Positions 10,637 through 22,183 of a stretch of 42,790 nucleotides of DNA are shown here, piece after piece. The stretch comes from Mayamaea pseudoterrestris (Eukaryota). Both the position numbers and the translations under genes were made by a program. Below the pieces are notes generated by a model. It saw only the letters and a program-made list of their open reading frames with translations. It was not told where the DNA came from and did not search any database. Location of the stretch: contig BROI01000017.1 in NCBI GenBank assembly GCA_027923505.1, forward strand, positions 682,001-724,790, written 5' to 3'. Each line of letters opens with the position of its first letter. The first letter of the stretch is position 1.

Positions 10637-11803
10637 TTGCGTGTTACGAAAGAGTTTGATTGACTTTTACTAGAAATTGCGGTTAGGTGGTTTGTTTTAA
10701 ACGGACACGACGAATTGTTGTCTGGATGCGTGCGTCCCGCAGGTCGGTTATTCTCATACAACACATGTTACCGTAATAATTAATTTAGACATTAGCTGCA
10801 AACTGCAAGGTTAAAAGCGCAATGAACGGGGCAGTCGACGACTGTGATGTTTGAATGCTGCTGATGCAGAATGTGCATAGTCGCGAGTTTCACGACCGTT
10901 GCTGAAAAGGCATGGCGATGATCGGGCATATGTGAATGGCATGTAGCAGTTGGCAGAGACCATCATGCTCTTTATACATTACTTCGCTTTCGTGCACGTA
11001 TCGACTACTCACACAATTTGCATCCTTTACACCATACCGGTAGGCAGCCATGTGAGAGAAACATCATCGTCGTGTTCATTGAGAAAGCGCCCAGGCTTTC
11101 CAAAGACTTTGGCTATGTCGGTCGCATCTTCCAAAAGGTTCGTGCTTGACTAATTGTGCTGCGACTTTGCCTCAACGTTATTGGTTCAAGTGGTTGGTTG
11201 TTGGTTGTCTGGGGGGTTTGTGACAATGGCCATGGAGTTTGTCCGTACGTACGGCTTTGTTGCGTCAGGGAAATGGACTTTGCCTGCCATGAAGCGTTTT
11301 TGTAAAGCATGAGGCCAACAGAATCAATGCTTGGCATTCATCATCCTTCATCCTTCGCCTTCGTTTTTCTCCATCGTTTGGAAGCCAAAAATGAGTGAGA
11401 GATGTAATGCGGTCTGACTCGAGTCAGATCGGTCCCTTCCCCCTGCCGCAAGGTGAAAATTCCGGCGCGCAAAACACGTTTTCGGTACAAGGGCTACACA
11501 AATTTCTACGCGGACACGGCTTCTCGGGACTCGATAACGGTCAACGGATTACATCGGCATTGGACAAAGTACGACGCGCCGGTACTCCCGCAAGGAACGA
11601 CACGGCAGGTGCTACACACTAACTGGACATTATTGCATACTAGCTAACAAGCAGTCTTATAAGCATATAAAACACCATGTTAGGCAGCTCAAGTGGCATG
11701 CCATTTTATCGCGCCTACTTTCAAATGCATAAAGTATGGTTTAACTCCTCATCACCAGCTCGGCATCCCCTGAGGCTCCCAGTCTGTCTTTAGCAATGAC
11801 CAA

Positions 11804-12992
11804 GCAGCTTGCCATCAAGTGTGCCATCATATGATCCAAGTGGCAAGCCCAGTGACTCACCTAGAGCAGGACCCAGTCTCCTTCCCAGTGCAGCTGCAAG
11901 CTTGTCACATTCTGTAGCTCCCAGTTGGTCTCCCAGCACTCACCCCTGCAGCCTACCATCAAAGCACCTAGCCCAGAGTGCCACCTAGCGCAGGACCCAG
12001 TCTCCATCCTAGTGCAGCACCAATGTTTCCCCTCTGTGGCTTCCAGTTTGTCTTCCAACACTTGCCCCAGCAGCTTGCCAACAAGTGTGCCATTCAGTGA
12101 CCCAAGTACCAAGCCCAGAGCGTTATTTAGTGCAGGACCCAGGTAGTCTCCTTCCCAGTGCAGCACCTCCCCCTCTGTGGCTCTTTGTTTCCCAGCAGTC
12201 ACCCCAGCAGCTATCAAATGTGCCATTGATTGGATTCAAGCAATTTTTTTCAAACACTAAACCATGCAGCTTGCCATCAACTAGTTCAAGCACCAAGTCC
12301 AGTGATATGCCTTTTGCAGGACCCAGTCTCCTTCCCAATGCAGCACCAAGCTTGTCACCCTCTGTGGCTCCCCGTTTGTCTCCAGGCGCTCAACCCAGCA
12401 GCTTGCCATCAAGTGTGCCATCAAGTGTGCCATCATGTGATCCATCATGTGATCCAAGCGGCAAGCCCAGTGACTCACCTAGCGCAGAGCCCAGTCTCTT
12501 TTCCAGTGAAATACCAAGCTTGTCACCTTCTGTAGCTCCCAGTTGGTCTCTCAGCACCATACCGAGCGGCTTGCCATCAAGTGTGCCATCGAGTGGTCCA
12601 AACGCCAAGCCCAGAGTCTCACCTAGCGCAGGACCCAGTCTCCTTCCCAGTGCAGCTGCAAGCTAGTCACCCTCTGTGGCTCCCAGTTGCTCTCCCAGCA
12701 GCCATCCCAGCAGCTTGCCATCAAGTGTGCCGTCATGTGGTCCAAGCGGCAAGCCCAGTGACTCAACTAGAGCAGGACCCAGTCTCCTTCCCAGTGCAGC
12801 TGCAAGCTTGTCACCCTCTGTAGCTCCCAGTTGGTCTCCCAGCACCCAACCCAGCAGCTTGCCATCAAGTGTGCCATCATGTTGTGATCCAAGTGCCTAG
12901 CCCGGTGATTCACCTAATGCAGGACTCAGTCTCTTTCCCAGTGCAGCACCAACTTGTCACCCTCTGTAGCTCCCAGTTTATCCCCAAGCACT
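11804..12992 (+). repeat. Degenerate higher-order tandem repeat: about 144-bp unit built from 12-bp (PSxx-coding) subunits; decayed Pro/Ser-rich mucin-like coding repeat
   Basis: The anchor CTTGCCA(T/A)CAA recurs at 11808, 12074, 12270, 12402, 12570, 12714 and 12858. The last spacings are 132, 168, 144 and 144 bp, all multiples of 12. It translates as PSSLPSSVPS..PSLLPSAAPSLSPSVAPS with in-frame TAGs (12664, 12898) and frameshifts. Confidence 0.9.
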
Positions 12993-13499
12993 TAAAACTT
13001 TGTAGTCTTTTGGAGCAAGCAGTCAGCATTTGTAATCAATACACTTCTACATTGCAAATGAAGTACCAAGCTTGCCACACATATGGGTGCTTCATGTGCA
13101 TATGGAAAGTGCCACGCAGTCAGGTCAGACCCCGGTCCCTCGGTGCAATGCGAGTCTCGCCTCACGTGCGAGCGTGCCGCTCCAGCATTTCGGATAACCA
13201 TCAAAATCACCTTCTTCGGTATCTGACATTTGCAAGCAACACACATCGCTCATCGCAGACCGACGACAAGGTACGTGATGGAACGTCGACTGACAATTGA
13301 TCCTGACATTGAAGGACGCATTCTCGCTAGAGCAGAAGATGACAGCGAACAAATAATTGTCAAGTGATCGATTGATGCAGAGGCACAATCGCGTTTCGTG
13401 GCTGCTTCTTTGTTCACAGTCAGGTTTATCCGCGCCGAAGTTTACACATTGTTTCGTTCCTCATTTACTATATGTACCTCCCTTGGCAGAATCGCGATA

Positions 13500-14678
13500 A
13501 TGGGTGAAGCGACTGAACAGAAGCCTCATGAATCGACCATCGAAGTGGTGCCTCTCCCACCGATTGATGATGCGCTACGTTTTGCACCCGACAAGTCTCC
13601 TCATACTCCTTCTGAAAAGGAGAATTTTGCGGACGAGAAGGGCACGGACGAAGAAGCTACGCATATTGAAGATGAGTCGACTCCGCAAGCAGTAGCAGAT
13701 ATGGACCTCATCAAGAACTCTGAACCAATGACAGACCTTGAGAAAGCTTTATCCGCCGTTCTTGCTCGCAAGGAGCAACACATTGCCAAACTCCTTATGG
13801 AGGTCTTAAAATTGAAGTCCTTCGTCACCAAGCGAAAGCAAACCTACAAGCGTAAACGCAAGGATGAAGCAGCGCCCACGCGTGCTCTTTCGGCTTACAA
13901 CATTTTCATTAAGGAGCGCTTTGCCGAACTGGCCCAGAGCAATGAGGCTGCGCTCCGCAACGAAGATTCGGAAGCGACGCTCAAGCGCGTGCCTCCAGCA
14001 AACCTTGTCGCAGCCACTGGAAGCGAATGGAAAGAACTGAGTGCGGACGAAAAGCACAAGTACGAGGAGCGGTACGTGAAAATCCTTCATTTTGCAAGGG
14101 AAAGCAGTCAATTGCGATAGTGTTTGCTCATTTAACTCGTTTTATGCAGTGCCCAGGCGGATCGCCGACGCTACGACAAGCAAATGGCCGAGTATCAGCC
14201 GCCCGACAAGAATGCCACCCGCAAGCGTAATAAGACGGGATACAATATGTTCTTCTCAGCTCACGTACTCCGTCTCAAACAAACGGAATCTGGTGTTCCT
14301 TCCGAACGTGGATCGGTGGCTCGCCTTGTTGCCGATACTTGGAAGCGGCTTTCTCCCGAGGAAAAGCAATTTTACGAGCGCGAAGCCGACAAGCACAATG
14401 ATGCAAATCCAGTGGAGGAGGATGATGCACACGCGGATGACGATCGTCGATACGCCATTGACTTTTTTAACCTCATGAATGGTCCACACCATCCCGATGT
14501 GCAAATGGTGGCAGCCATGCCGCCCCACCTGCAGCATCAGGCGTACGATCCCCGCCACGTGTATCCTCATCCGACTTTTTACGGTCAGGCGAGCTACTAT
14601 GACTATAGTCAGCATCACCAGCGCCACACGCAACAGACTCGCGGAACTCCCTTTCGATACCCCGGATACGAGGGCTGA
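13500..14678 (+). CDS. Dual HMG-box protein; exons 13500-14071, 14150-14678
   Basis: Box 1 is APTRALSAYNIFIKERF...EWKELSADEKHKYEERAQADRRRY. Box 2 is RNKTGYNMFFS...VADTWKRLSPEEKQFYEREA. Intron 14072-14149 (GTACGT...TGCAG) restores the frame. Confidence 0.9.
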
Positions 14679-15088
14679 TTACATCGTGCTAGATGGGCGA
14701 TGCAACGAAGCCAATCTCATTCGATGAGCATCCGACTGAGGCGCGCATTGAAACGGAGCTGCTGTGGCGCTCCAAGAAGTGTAGCGTACGAGTACTCACA
14801 TGTCAAGATGGTTTACCACGTGCACTGAGAGACTGAGTAGATGTACTGTTAATTGCTCACTGCATTTTTAATGCTTACATGTACGCATCCGAATGTTTGA
14901 CATAACTGTCTACATACTTGTACATCAAGAAACGATTACGGTAGCTACTTTTACGCTAATGTCGCAACGGCTCACATTTTCCCAGAAGGACGAGCGCGCC
15001 ATATCACCATGATGTGGATCCGTCTGTTTTTCTCTCCGCAAACAATTCCATACATCCCAGTAGCCTATTCTTATTAACAAAAGCGACT

Positions 15089-18000
15089 ATGTCACCGAGA
15101 ATAGCAGCACCATCTAATGTCACAGCCACATGGATGCCACATACGACGCTTAGCCAGACGTCTCAGGTCTGCCTCATTATTCGATCAGCCCACGTCACGC
15201 TCGATCCTTTGGAACATCAAAGTCCTCAGGAATGGCAGATACGAGTTCAGGTATGCGCAATTGGCGGAGTTGAATTGATTTCTTGCGTTCCATCACGTAC
15301 GGCAGCTGCTCCAGTAGAAGCTCGAAAGGCTGGAGATGCAAGACACCCTTCAGTGATGAGCGCGACGCATGATTGCTGGTGGGATTACTTTATCCAGCTG
15401 CCGCTTCGCTGGCGAGATCTTCCTAGGGATGCTTACTTTTCCTTTAATGTAATTGGCGAAGGAGATGTTATGGTAAGCTATGAGTGGTGTTGACTGACTC
15501 GTTGCATTGAAATTCTCTGCTGGTTATATGCGTGAGCGGATGAGCGGTGTTCTTGTCGGACCATAAAGTATAGTTTGTATACTGACGTTTGATAAATTGC
15601 GAATCGCAAAACTATATCGCAGCTTTTCAGTGCCACACTATCGCTCTTTGATACATATGGCAAGCTTCGAACGAAACTGCAAAAAGTTGAATTAGAAAAC
15701 CCAGATATGGCTGATCACAACCAAAATAGCGGCGTCTCTTCAATTATGGAGCCTCGACACAAAAAGTATTTAGAAGATGGAGATCCTGTTTGGAAGGCTT
15801 CAACAGTTCTTGATCAGTTGCAGCGGTTTCAGCAAGCGCCGACCAAGTCCGACCGCAAGTTTGGAGATTTACCATCCGTTCCGTGGCTGGATACCCTCAC
15901 AAGGGAACGCTGCCAGGAGGAGTTGGCAGATATCAGCGCAATTTACGACGAGGTATGCATAAAGGGTGATGTCTATTGACTTGGTTTGCCATTGGTCATA
16001 ATCGTTGCTCATTCGTTTACAGGCGCACGCGTGGGTGGATAATTCAGGTCCAGTTCTTGTAGTTGAGCTACCCTGCTTTGAAATCCCAGTCATCTTCGAA
16101 GAAACATTTTATTCGACACCCTTGGATGGGGCATGTGGAGGAGTTACTCCTCTGGAACTTGCTGAGTATCGGCGGCAGACGAAGGAACAAGAAGCTGGAG
16201 GGGAAACAGTGGATTTTGATGCACTTGAGCTTGTCCAATTTGTGGACTATGAGAATGAGAACGACAACCCTGTGGAGGACAAATATAGAGTAAGTAAGAG
16301 CGTGTGCCTCTCGCTTGTGGTTGGTTCACCACTCATTTGTTGTTTGCAGGCGCTAGCGCACGATTTATTGCGAGGAATGGTTGACCCTGCTCTTAAACCT
16401 GATCGAAGTCAACGCGAGAGGCTGGAAGCGATCATTTCTTCACCCTCGTATCATCCCACGCGCGAGGAGAAAGACTTGCTGTGGAAGTTCAGATTTAGCC
16501 TCGTTGATAACAGGCGTGCACTTACCAAGTTTCTTCTTGCGGTTGACTGGACGGTAGATAGCGAGGTTGTTCAAGCCGCAGAACTCTTAGAACAGTGGAG
16601 AAAACGCAGCCCAATTCAGGTATCGGACGCACTGAAGCTTTTGGGGAAGCATGTGGCGTTCCAGACTAGTCTCGTCCGTTCGTACGCCATTGAAACACTA
16701 AGTGCAGCTCCAGATAGCGAACTGAGATTGTACCTCTTACAGCTTGTCCAAGCACTTCGATATGAAGCGACAGATTTGGCTGGGCCCATGGCGCATGAAT
16801 CATCGCTTGCAGCGTTTCTAATCAATCGCGCTGCTGGCAACATTGAGCTAGCAAATTATTTTTATTGGTAATTCGAAATTGTGCAAGTCAGTCGTTCTGC
16901 ATCGCCTCTCACAGTTTCAAACACTCGTATATATTGCAGGTATCTTAAAGTTGAGTTAGAAAATCAGACGCATGGGGCGAAATACAAGGAAATTTTTATT
17001 GCTCTTCGCCAGAAATTGACGCAAACGCCCTTTATGCCGTTTACGCTGCATGATGTCGGCTTTTCAGCCAGTCACAAAATTAAGAATATAGTAGGCTCTG
17101 TGTCGACGAAGATTGGCACATCTCTTCGTGGATCTGAAGGGTCACACGACAAGGAGAGTCATATTATTGCGAAGCGGACGATGTGGGTACGTTTCTAATG
17201 TAGACTAGCAATAAATTTTCGGCGCAGTATTGGCTCACTTGTTTACATCATGTACAGGATGTTTTGGTTGCACAGGACGATTTTATCACGGGCATATTGG
17301 CGCTGCAAGCTAAATGTCGACTCTCTCGAGGAAAGAAGGATGCCAAGGAGGATCAGCTGCGCACGATGCTTGCAACTGAAGGTGTTGACAAAGTGGACCA
17401 TCACGAAGGCGTTCCCTTGCCTTCTGCCCCCTATGTGTTTGTAGACTCGGTGGTTCCTCACACAGCGATAATATTTAAATCGGCACTCTACCCTGCTGTC
17501 CTTCAATTTCGAACCGTGGCGACCACGAAGAATGATTCGAGCATACAGTCTTTAACGAGTGTGATCGTCAAGACGGGGGATGATCTCCGACAAGACCAAC
17601 TTATCATCATGATGATCCAGCTCATGGATGGGCTTTTAAAGCGCTCAGCGCTCGAGTTATGTCTGACACCGTATTCTATCTTGGCCACTTCGCCGCATTC
17701 TGGCTTAGTCGAATTTATCGGGCATGCCCATCCCATTTCGCAGGTCCTCGCCAATAACAATGGCTCTATCCTGCAGTTTTTTCAAAACGAAGCTCCACAC
17801 AAGGATGCGAAGTATGGTATACGGCCAGAAGTTATGTCTCACTACGTCAGAAGCTGTGCAGGGTATTGTGTTATCACATATCTTCTGGGCGTTGGCGATC
17901 GTCACCTCGACAATATACTTTTGCGGACGAGCGGCCATTTCTTCCACATCGATTTTGGTTTTATTTTTGGACGTGATCCTAAACCGTTACCGCCTGCTTT

Positions 18001-18343
18001 CAGACTCACGCGCGAGATGGTGGAAGGCATGGGAGGAATGGATTCGACAGAATATCGTCAGTTTTGTTCATTGGCATGTCAAGCCTATAACGCGCTACGA
18101 AAGTCCGCTGGGCTCATATTGAACCTCCTGCACCTGATGACAGATGCGGGTATACAAGACCTTTCCAACAACCCGGCAGCTGATGCGGAAGGAGTGATTG
18201 CCAAGGTCGAGGAGCGTTTCCGTCTACACTTGACCGATGAACAAGCAGAAACATATTTCAAAGCTCTGATCAACGACTGTCTGGGAGCGATTGCTCCTCG
18301 CGTCATGGATGTATTTCATAACTTCTCGGTTGCTCGTAGATAG
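15089..18343 (+). CDS. VPS34: Class III phosphatidylinositol 3-kinase Vps34; exons 15089-15472, 15623-15952, 16023-16289, 16350-16867, 16940-17186, 17258-18343
   Basis: C2 region LPLRWRDLPRDA, helical domain EKDLLWKFRF/LYLLQLVQALRYE, and kinase domain KTGDDLRQDQL, SCAGYCVITYLLGVGDRHLDN, HIDFGFIFGRDPKP. All five GT-AG introns preserve the frame. Confidence 0.95.
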
Positions 18344-18398
18344 TTTATGACAAATGTAAGTTTTTAGCAGTATTTTCTAGCTGTAACTTGTATTGGCT

Positions 18399-19646
18399 TT
18401 AAAGTTGGTCGACATAGACAATTTGCAAGTCTCTATCCATATACCAAGCCTTCCATCGCTTCGCAAGCGGGTCAAAATATACGTTGGCTTCTCCAGAAAC
18501 CGACGCATGATTATATCGTATAGCAGCTTCCTTGGCGACAGCTTCCTCATTACAATATCTCATCTGCTCTCTTTGTAGCGTTTGCGCACCCTGAGGAATT
18601 AATAGATTGCCAGTTCCTAGAGTGAGGGATCTAGCAGCAAACGGGTCGACCCCTGTCATTGTCGTGTACGCCGTTGGGTGCAGGCCGAAACCAAAATGCT
18701 TCGCCTCTGCATCGGCCAATCTCACTGAATCTACAACAACGCAAAATGACTGAGCTAAACGTCGCGCTCCCATGGAATGCCTCACACCCATGAAAAAGTC
18801 CGTCGCATCTTTACCTGCGTGCACCATTACCGTCTCAGGAGAGCCTGGATGCGAGCTCAAAAAGAAGCTCAAGTCAAAGACATGCCCTCCCAAGCCGACA
18901 AGGCAGGAGTCGTATGTACTTTCGCCAGCAATCGCAAAATTCATCCAGCTCAACTGAAAGCGAGTATAAAACTCCTTGTCAAAATGAACTGGTAGATTAC
19001 AACCAGAACGCCTTGCAGCACGTTGTCCAACATCCCAATCGAGTAGAATCCATGCATAGTCACGGTACCATAGCGACTTCCAAATCGCCGATTCATTGGC
19101 CATGCTTTGACAAGTCTTGCTGGCACATTCGAAAGTCGTTATTTCTTGAGGAAGCAGATACGAAAGAACATTCACTTGCGTGTCGACATTGAGCAATCCA
19201 AAAAAGTTGCCTTCTGTTTGCTGTAATTTTGTCATCTTTTGTAATGGTCGTAACGCGCTTGACGTCGCTATCGGCAGTATGTTAGCAGTACCATCGTCAA
19301 GAATCTCGTCATATCTGACGCATTGCTTGTTCCAATGTTCCAAAACGTGCAACATGGCGGGCAATAGCGACGCTCCGGAGCAATACAAGCCAACGCTTTC
19401 CAAAAGTTCGTCCGTTTGAACATCGTCCCAATCATTCTCAGCGTCGTCATGCGCATTGGTTATTTCCATGTTTTTATGAACGTAATGCTCTGGTTCCGCG
19501 TAGCAATGGTTACATGACATTTCGCGTCGATAGACTGTCATGGCGCTGAGACAAAGCAAGACGAGGTGAATGCCGTAAACATGCACCAAATGGAGCAAGA
19601 CCTCTGAGGACGGATATGACTCCAATACATGATTCAAATATTCCAT
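18399..19646 (-). CDS. F-box plus cytochrome b5-like heme-binding domain protein with an N-terminal hydrophobic segment
   Basis: F-box-like LLNVDTQVNVLSYLLPQEITTFECASKTCQSMANESAIWKSLW. Cytochrome b5 motif CLVGLGGHVFDLSFFLSSHPGSPETVMVHAGKDATDFFMGVRHS. Confidence 0.8.
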   Translation of the reverse strand: MEYLNHVLESYPSSEVLLHLVHVYGIHLVLLCLSAMTVYRREMSCNHCYAEPEHYVHKNMEITNAHDDAENDWDDVQTDELLESVGLYCSGASLLPAMLHVLEHWNKQCVRYDEILDDGTANILPIATSSALRPLQKMTKLQQTEGNFFGLLNVDTQVNVLSYLLPQEITTFECASKTCQSMANESAIWKSLWYRDYAWILLDWDVGQRAARRSGCNLPVHFDKEFYTRFQLSWMNFAIAGESTYDSCLVGLGGHVFDLSFFLSSHPGSPETVMVHAGKDATDFFMGVRHSMGARRLAQSFCVVVDSVRLADAEAKHFGFGLHPTAYTTMTGVDPFAARSLTLGTGNLLIPQGAQTLQREQMRYCNEEAVAKEAAIRYNHASVSGEANVYFDPLAKRWKAWYMDRDLQIVYVDQL

Positions 19647-20139
19647 TGTCGTGTAGCGAAAAAGTCACGAGCTTGTACTTGTATGCTTGCTGATTAACAG
19701 TATGGTCAATTGATGCTAACCGGTAGGGCATAGGGCAGATGTTGTGCCGTCGGGTTGATGCAGCAGCGAGCGGTTGCAAGTCCCACCGTGATGAAAAGAA
19801 TGTGTCGCAGTATTGTGGAACATGTTCGGTTTCTCTCATTGACTCACGAGTACCGTTCGGACGGCTTCCTCACTGACTCCGTCCGATATTCGCACCACCA
19901 TTGCATTATACAGGCTTCATGCACATTCTTCCCTATCGGTACTTGTAGCTTCTTTCCTGCCTTACAATAGCACGTTATCGTTTCGCCTCGGAACATTATC
20001 GATGTAAGTCAATTTTTGTGGTGAACTTGTGTATTGTCGACTCGCAGAAGATTCAAATAACCTTCACTTTTTGCCACTCACTTTTGTCGTCGTCTGCCAT
20101 TGCTTCCAGCAGCCACATACTATTATAGAAACAAGCAAA

Positions 20140-20343
20140 ATGGCTGTCCCAAAGAGACGACAATCTCAATTATTGACAGTTCGAAAGCTCCCAGGTCTTT
20201 TGTCCAAGTGCTGTGATATTAATTTTATTTTCCAAAAGACGAGAGTCTTTTTTCTTTACGGCTTTGCACCGGCGGTAATTGCGGTGGGTTTGACGACGGA
20301 ACCACGCCCATCCTTGTGGGATCTGTTTAATATTTGGGAATAA
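20140..20343 (+). CDS. TOM7: Mitochondrial import receptor subunit Tom7-like
   Basis: 67-aa ORF with a basic N-terminus and Tom7-type KTRVFFLYGFAPAVIAVGL..EPRPSLWDL. Confidence 0.75.
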   Translation: MAVPKRRQSQLLTVRKLPGLLSKCCDINFIFQKTRVFFLYGFAPAVIAVGLTTEPRPSLWDLFNIWE

Positions 20344-20563
20344 GGGAAGGGATCCATACAATGCATGGTAGTGTGTTTGAGCACCTGCAAGTAGTGCAAC
20401 AATAAGGACGCACATTAAACTGCATTACTGTCGAACGCAATTACGGCGCCAATAGTGTTTGTTTCGTTGGGTCATTTAGTCGTATGTGTGCACTGCTACG
20501 GTAATCAATTAAAGTAACTACGTAGTATCAACAAGTTCCGAGCAATCGCATCCACTTACTTGA

Positions 20564-22183
20564 TTATGCACATCGCACAGAATTTCGGTGTATTTGCGAC
20601 AAGTATTTAAGCGACTCGTGCGCCGTTGCCCTTGCTTGAGGATCAATGACGAGCATGCGGCAAAGCAAGTGAAAGAACCATGCGTCGTTGGGGTCTCGGA
20701 CAATGCTCGACAATGTTTCGGCCTTGCGCACATACGAAGCGCTACTACTACGTAGCACGGTGTTTATACGAAGCATTCGCCCAGTACGCTCATCAAAAAC
20801 CTTTGGCACGATAGCTTCCTTGCTTGACGCGAAAGCGTCTTTGATTAACCGAGTCGGAAACGTGCCAATGACTTGATCCATCAGAGCCAAATGCTCGCAA
20901 CTATCATGCGTCGCAAACAAGAGCTCGCCTTTGTACAATTCCACAAGGAGACAGCCAGCACTCCAGACATCACTTGGCATGCTCCAACCCGTGCCGAGAA
21001 TAACTTCCGGCGCGCGATACTGTCGCGTATTAATGACGGAGCAGCGCTTGTCATCGTCGTAGCAGGCGCTTCCAAAGTCGATGAGTTTGATTAGCGTCGA
21101 CTCTGGAACACGCTGATTTTGGTAGATTGTCTCTCGATCATTTGTCAGTAAAATGTTTTCCAATTTGAGATCCGTGTGTATCATTTGAAAGCTGTGCAAA
21201 AATTCCAACGCTTGAAGAAGCTGAATGGCCACGTCTTGAACGACAATCATGGGAAACGGAGAGTAATCGTTGCGCTTCAAAAAGTCGTACAAGGACGGAC
21301 CAAGACTTTCAAATGCAAGGCAGTAGTGCCCATGAAAGGTAAACGAATCAAACAGCCGCACACAGTGCGTCAAACCTCGTCCGCCCCGTCGATTTACATC
21401 TTGTACAATCTTTGCCTCAATGAGCGCCGACTCGTAGTATCGTTTCACTGCGCGCACAACCTTGACCGCCACACAATTCCGACGCTTCAAATCCAAGCAG
21501 TCAAGCACTCTGCCAAAAGTGCCCATTCCAACCTCCTTTAGTACTTGATATTGCCTGCCAATCATACTGCCTGGATCACCCTTATAGTGCCCAGAGTCGT
21601 CGTTTCGACTGGACTCGGACGGAGATTCAATGGATCTTTTCCGGTGCTGTCGTGAGGATGTGTTTTTGGCATGCTTCAAATAAAGATCATCTTGATAGTC
21701 AACACTCACGATGCCACTCCGTCGATGAATTGCAGGTGCATGGGCAGGTGCCTCCAGTGGCGGCGAATTCGATTCTAGACGCTGTCGCTTCCTTCTGTGA
21801 TGATGGCGTCCTTTCCATTCGTCGTGACCATACTGTTGGTACCGTTCCAAAGCTAATTCGCGATGCGGTTTGTCAAACCTTTCTCTCTCTTTCGCTTGCA
21901 CGCAATGATAATCGTGTTGCTGTTGGTGGTGCCTGCACCTCCTGCTAAAGAATTCGGCTCGACGACTGCCATGTGGCGACGATCGGCTACGCTCTCTTTG
22001 CCGTCGTCGGTGATCATGATAGTCAGAGTATGCTCGTCTATGCGAAGACTCTGTGCTGTGGTGCTTTGGGTAGTCCTTATTGTATGCTGAACCGCCACCA
22101 GGCTGATGGTGTCGAAGACGATCAAAATTCTTTGTTGGAGATTCGTCTTCTCGTTGCCTTTGACGGTGTGATCGATCGTCCAT
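20564..22183 (-). CDS. CLK/LAMMER dual-specificity protein kinase
   Basis: Arg/Ser/His-rich N-terminus, DDSGHY, GMGTFGRV, VAVKVVR, HTDLKLENIL, IDFGSA, TRQYRAPEVILG and LAMMER-type EHLALM. Start placed at MDDRSH (22183). Confidence 0.92.
   Translation of the reverse strand: MDDRSHRQRQREDESPTKNFDRLRHHQPGGGSAYNKDYPKHHSTESSHRRAYSDYHDHRRRQRERSRSSPHGSRRAEFFSRRCRHHQQQHDYHCVQAKERERFDKPHRELALERYQQYGHDEWKGRHHHRRKRQRLESNSPPLEAPAHAPAIHRRSGIVSVDYQDDLYLKHAKNTSSRQHRKRSIESPSESSRNDDSGHYKGDPGSMIGRQYQVLKEVGMGTFGRVLDCLDLKRRNCVAVKVVRAVKRYYESALIEAKIVQDVNRRGGRGLTHCVRLFDSFTFHGHYCLAFESLGPSLYDFLKRNDYSPFPMIVVQDVAIQLLQALEFLHSFQMIHTDLKLENILLTNDRETIYQNQRVPESTLIKLIDFGSACYDDDKRCSVINTRQYRAPEVILGTGWSMPSDVWSAGCLLVELYKGELLFATHDSCEHLALMDQVIGTFPTRLIKDAFASSKEAIVPKVFDERTGRMLRINTVLRSSSASYVRKAETLSSIVRDPNDAWFFHLLCRMLVIDPQARATAHESLKYLSQIHRNSVRCA

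Noticed and set aside
11804..12992. Repeat array as a CRISPR-like locus
   Set aside because: There are no unique spacers, the units are homologous along their length and the context is eukaryotic.
11648..13024. 9-bp direct repeat CAAGCAGTC (11648 and 13016) flanking the repeat island, as a possible target-site duplication
   Set aside because: No terminal inverted repeats or transposase remnants are visible inside it, and the same 9-mer occurs elsewhere in the window, so chance is likely.
20881..21180. Non-canonical CLK motifs (HTDLKLEN, EHLALM)
   Set aside because: Catalytic Lys, Asp, DFG and APE residues are intact, and such variants are within normal LAMMER-family variation.
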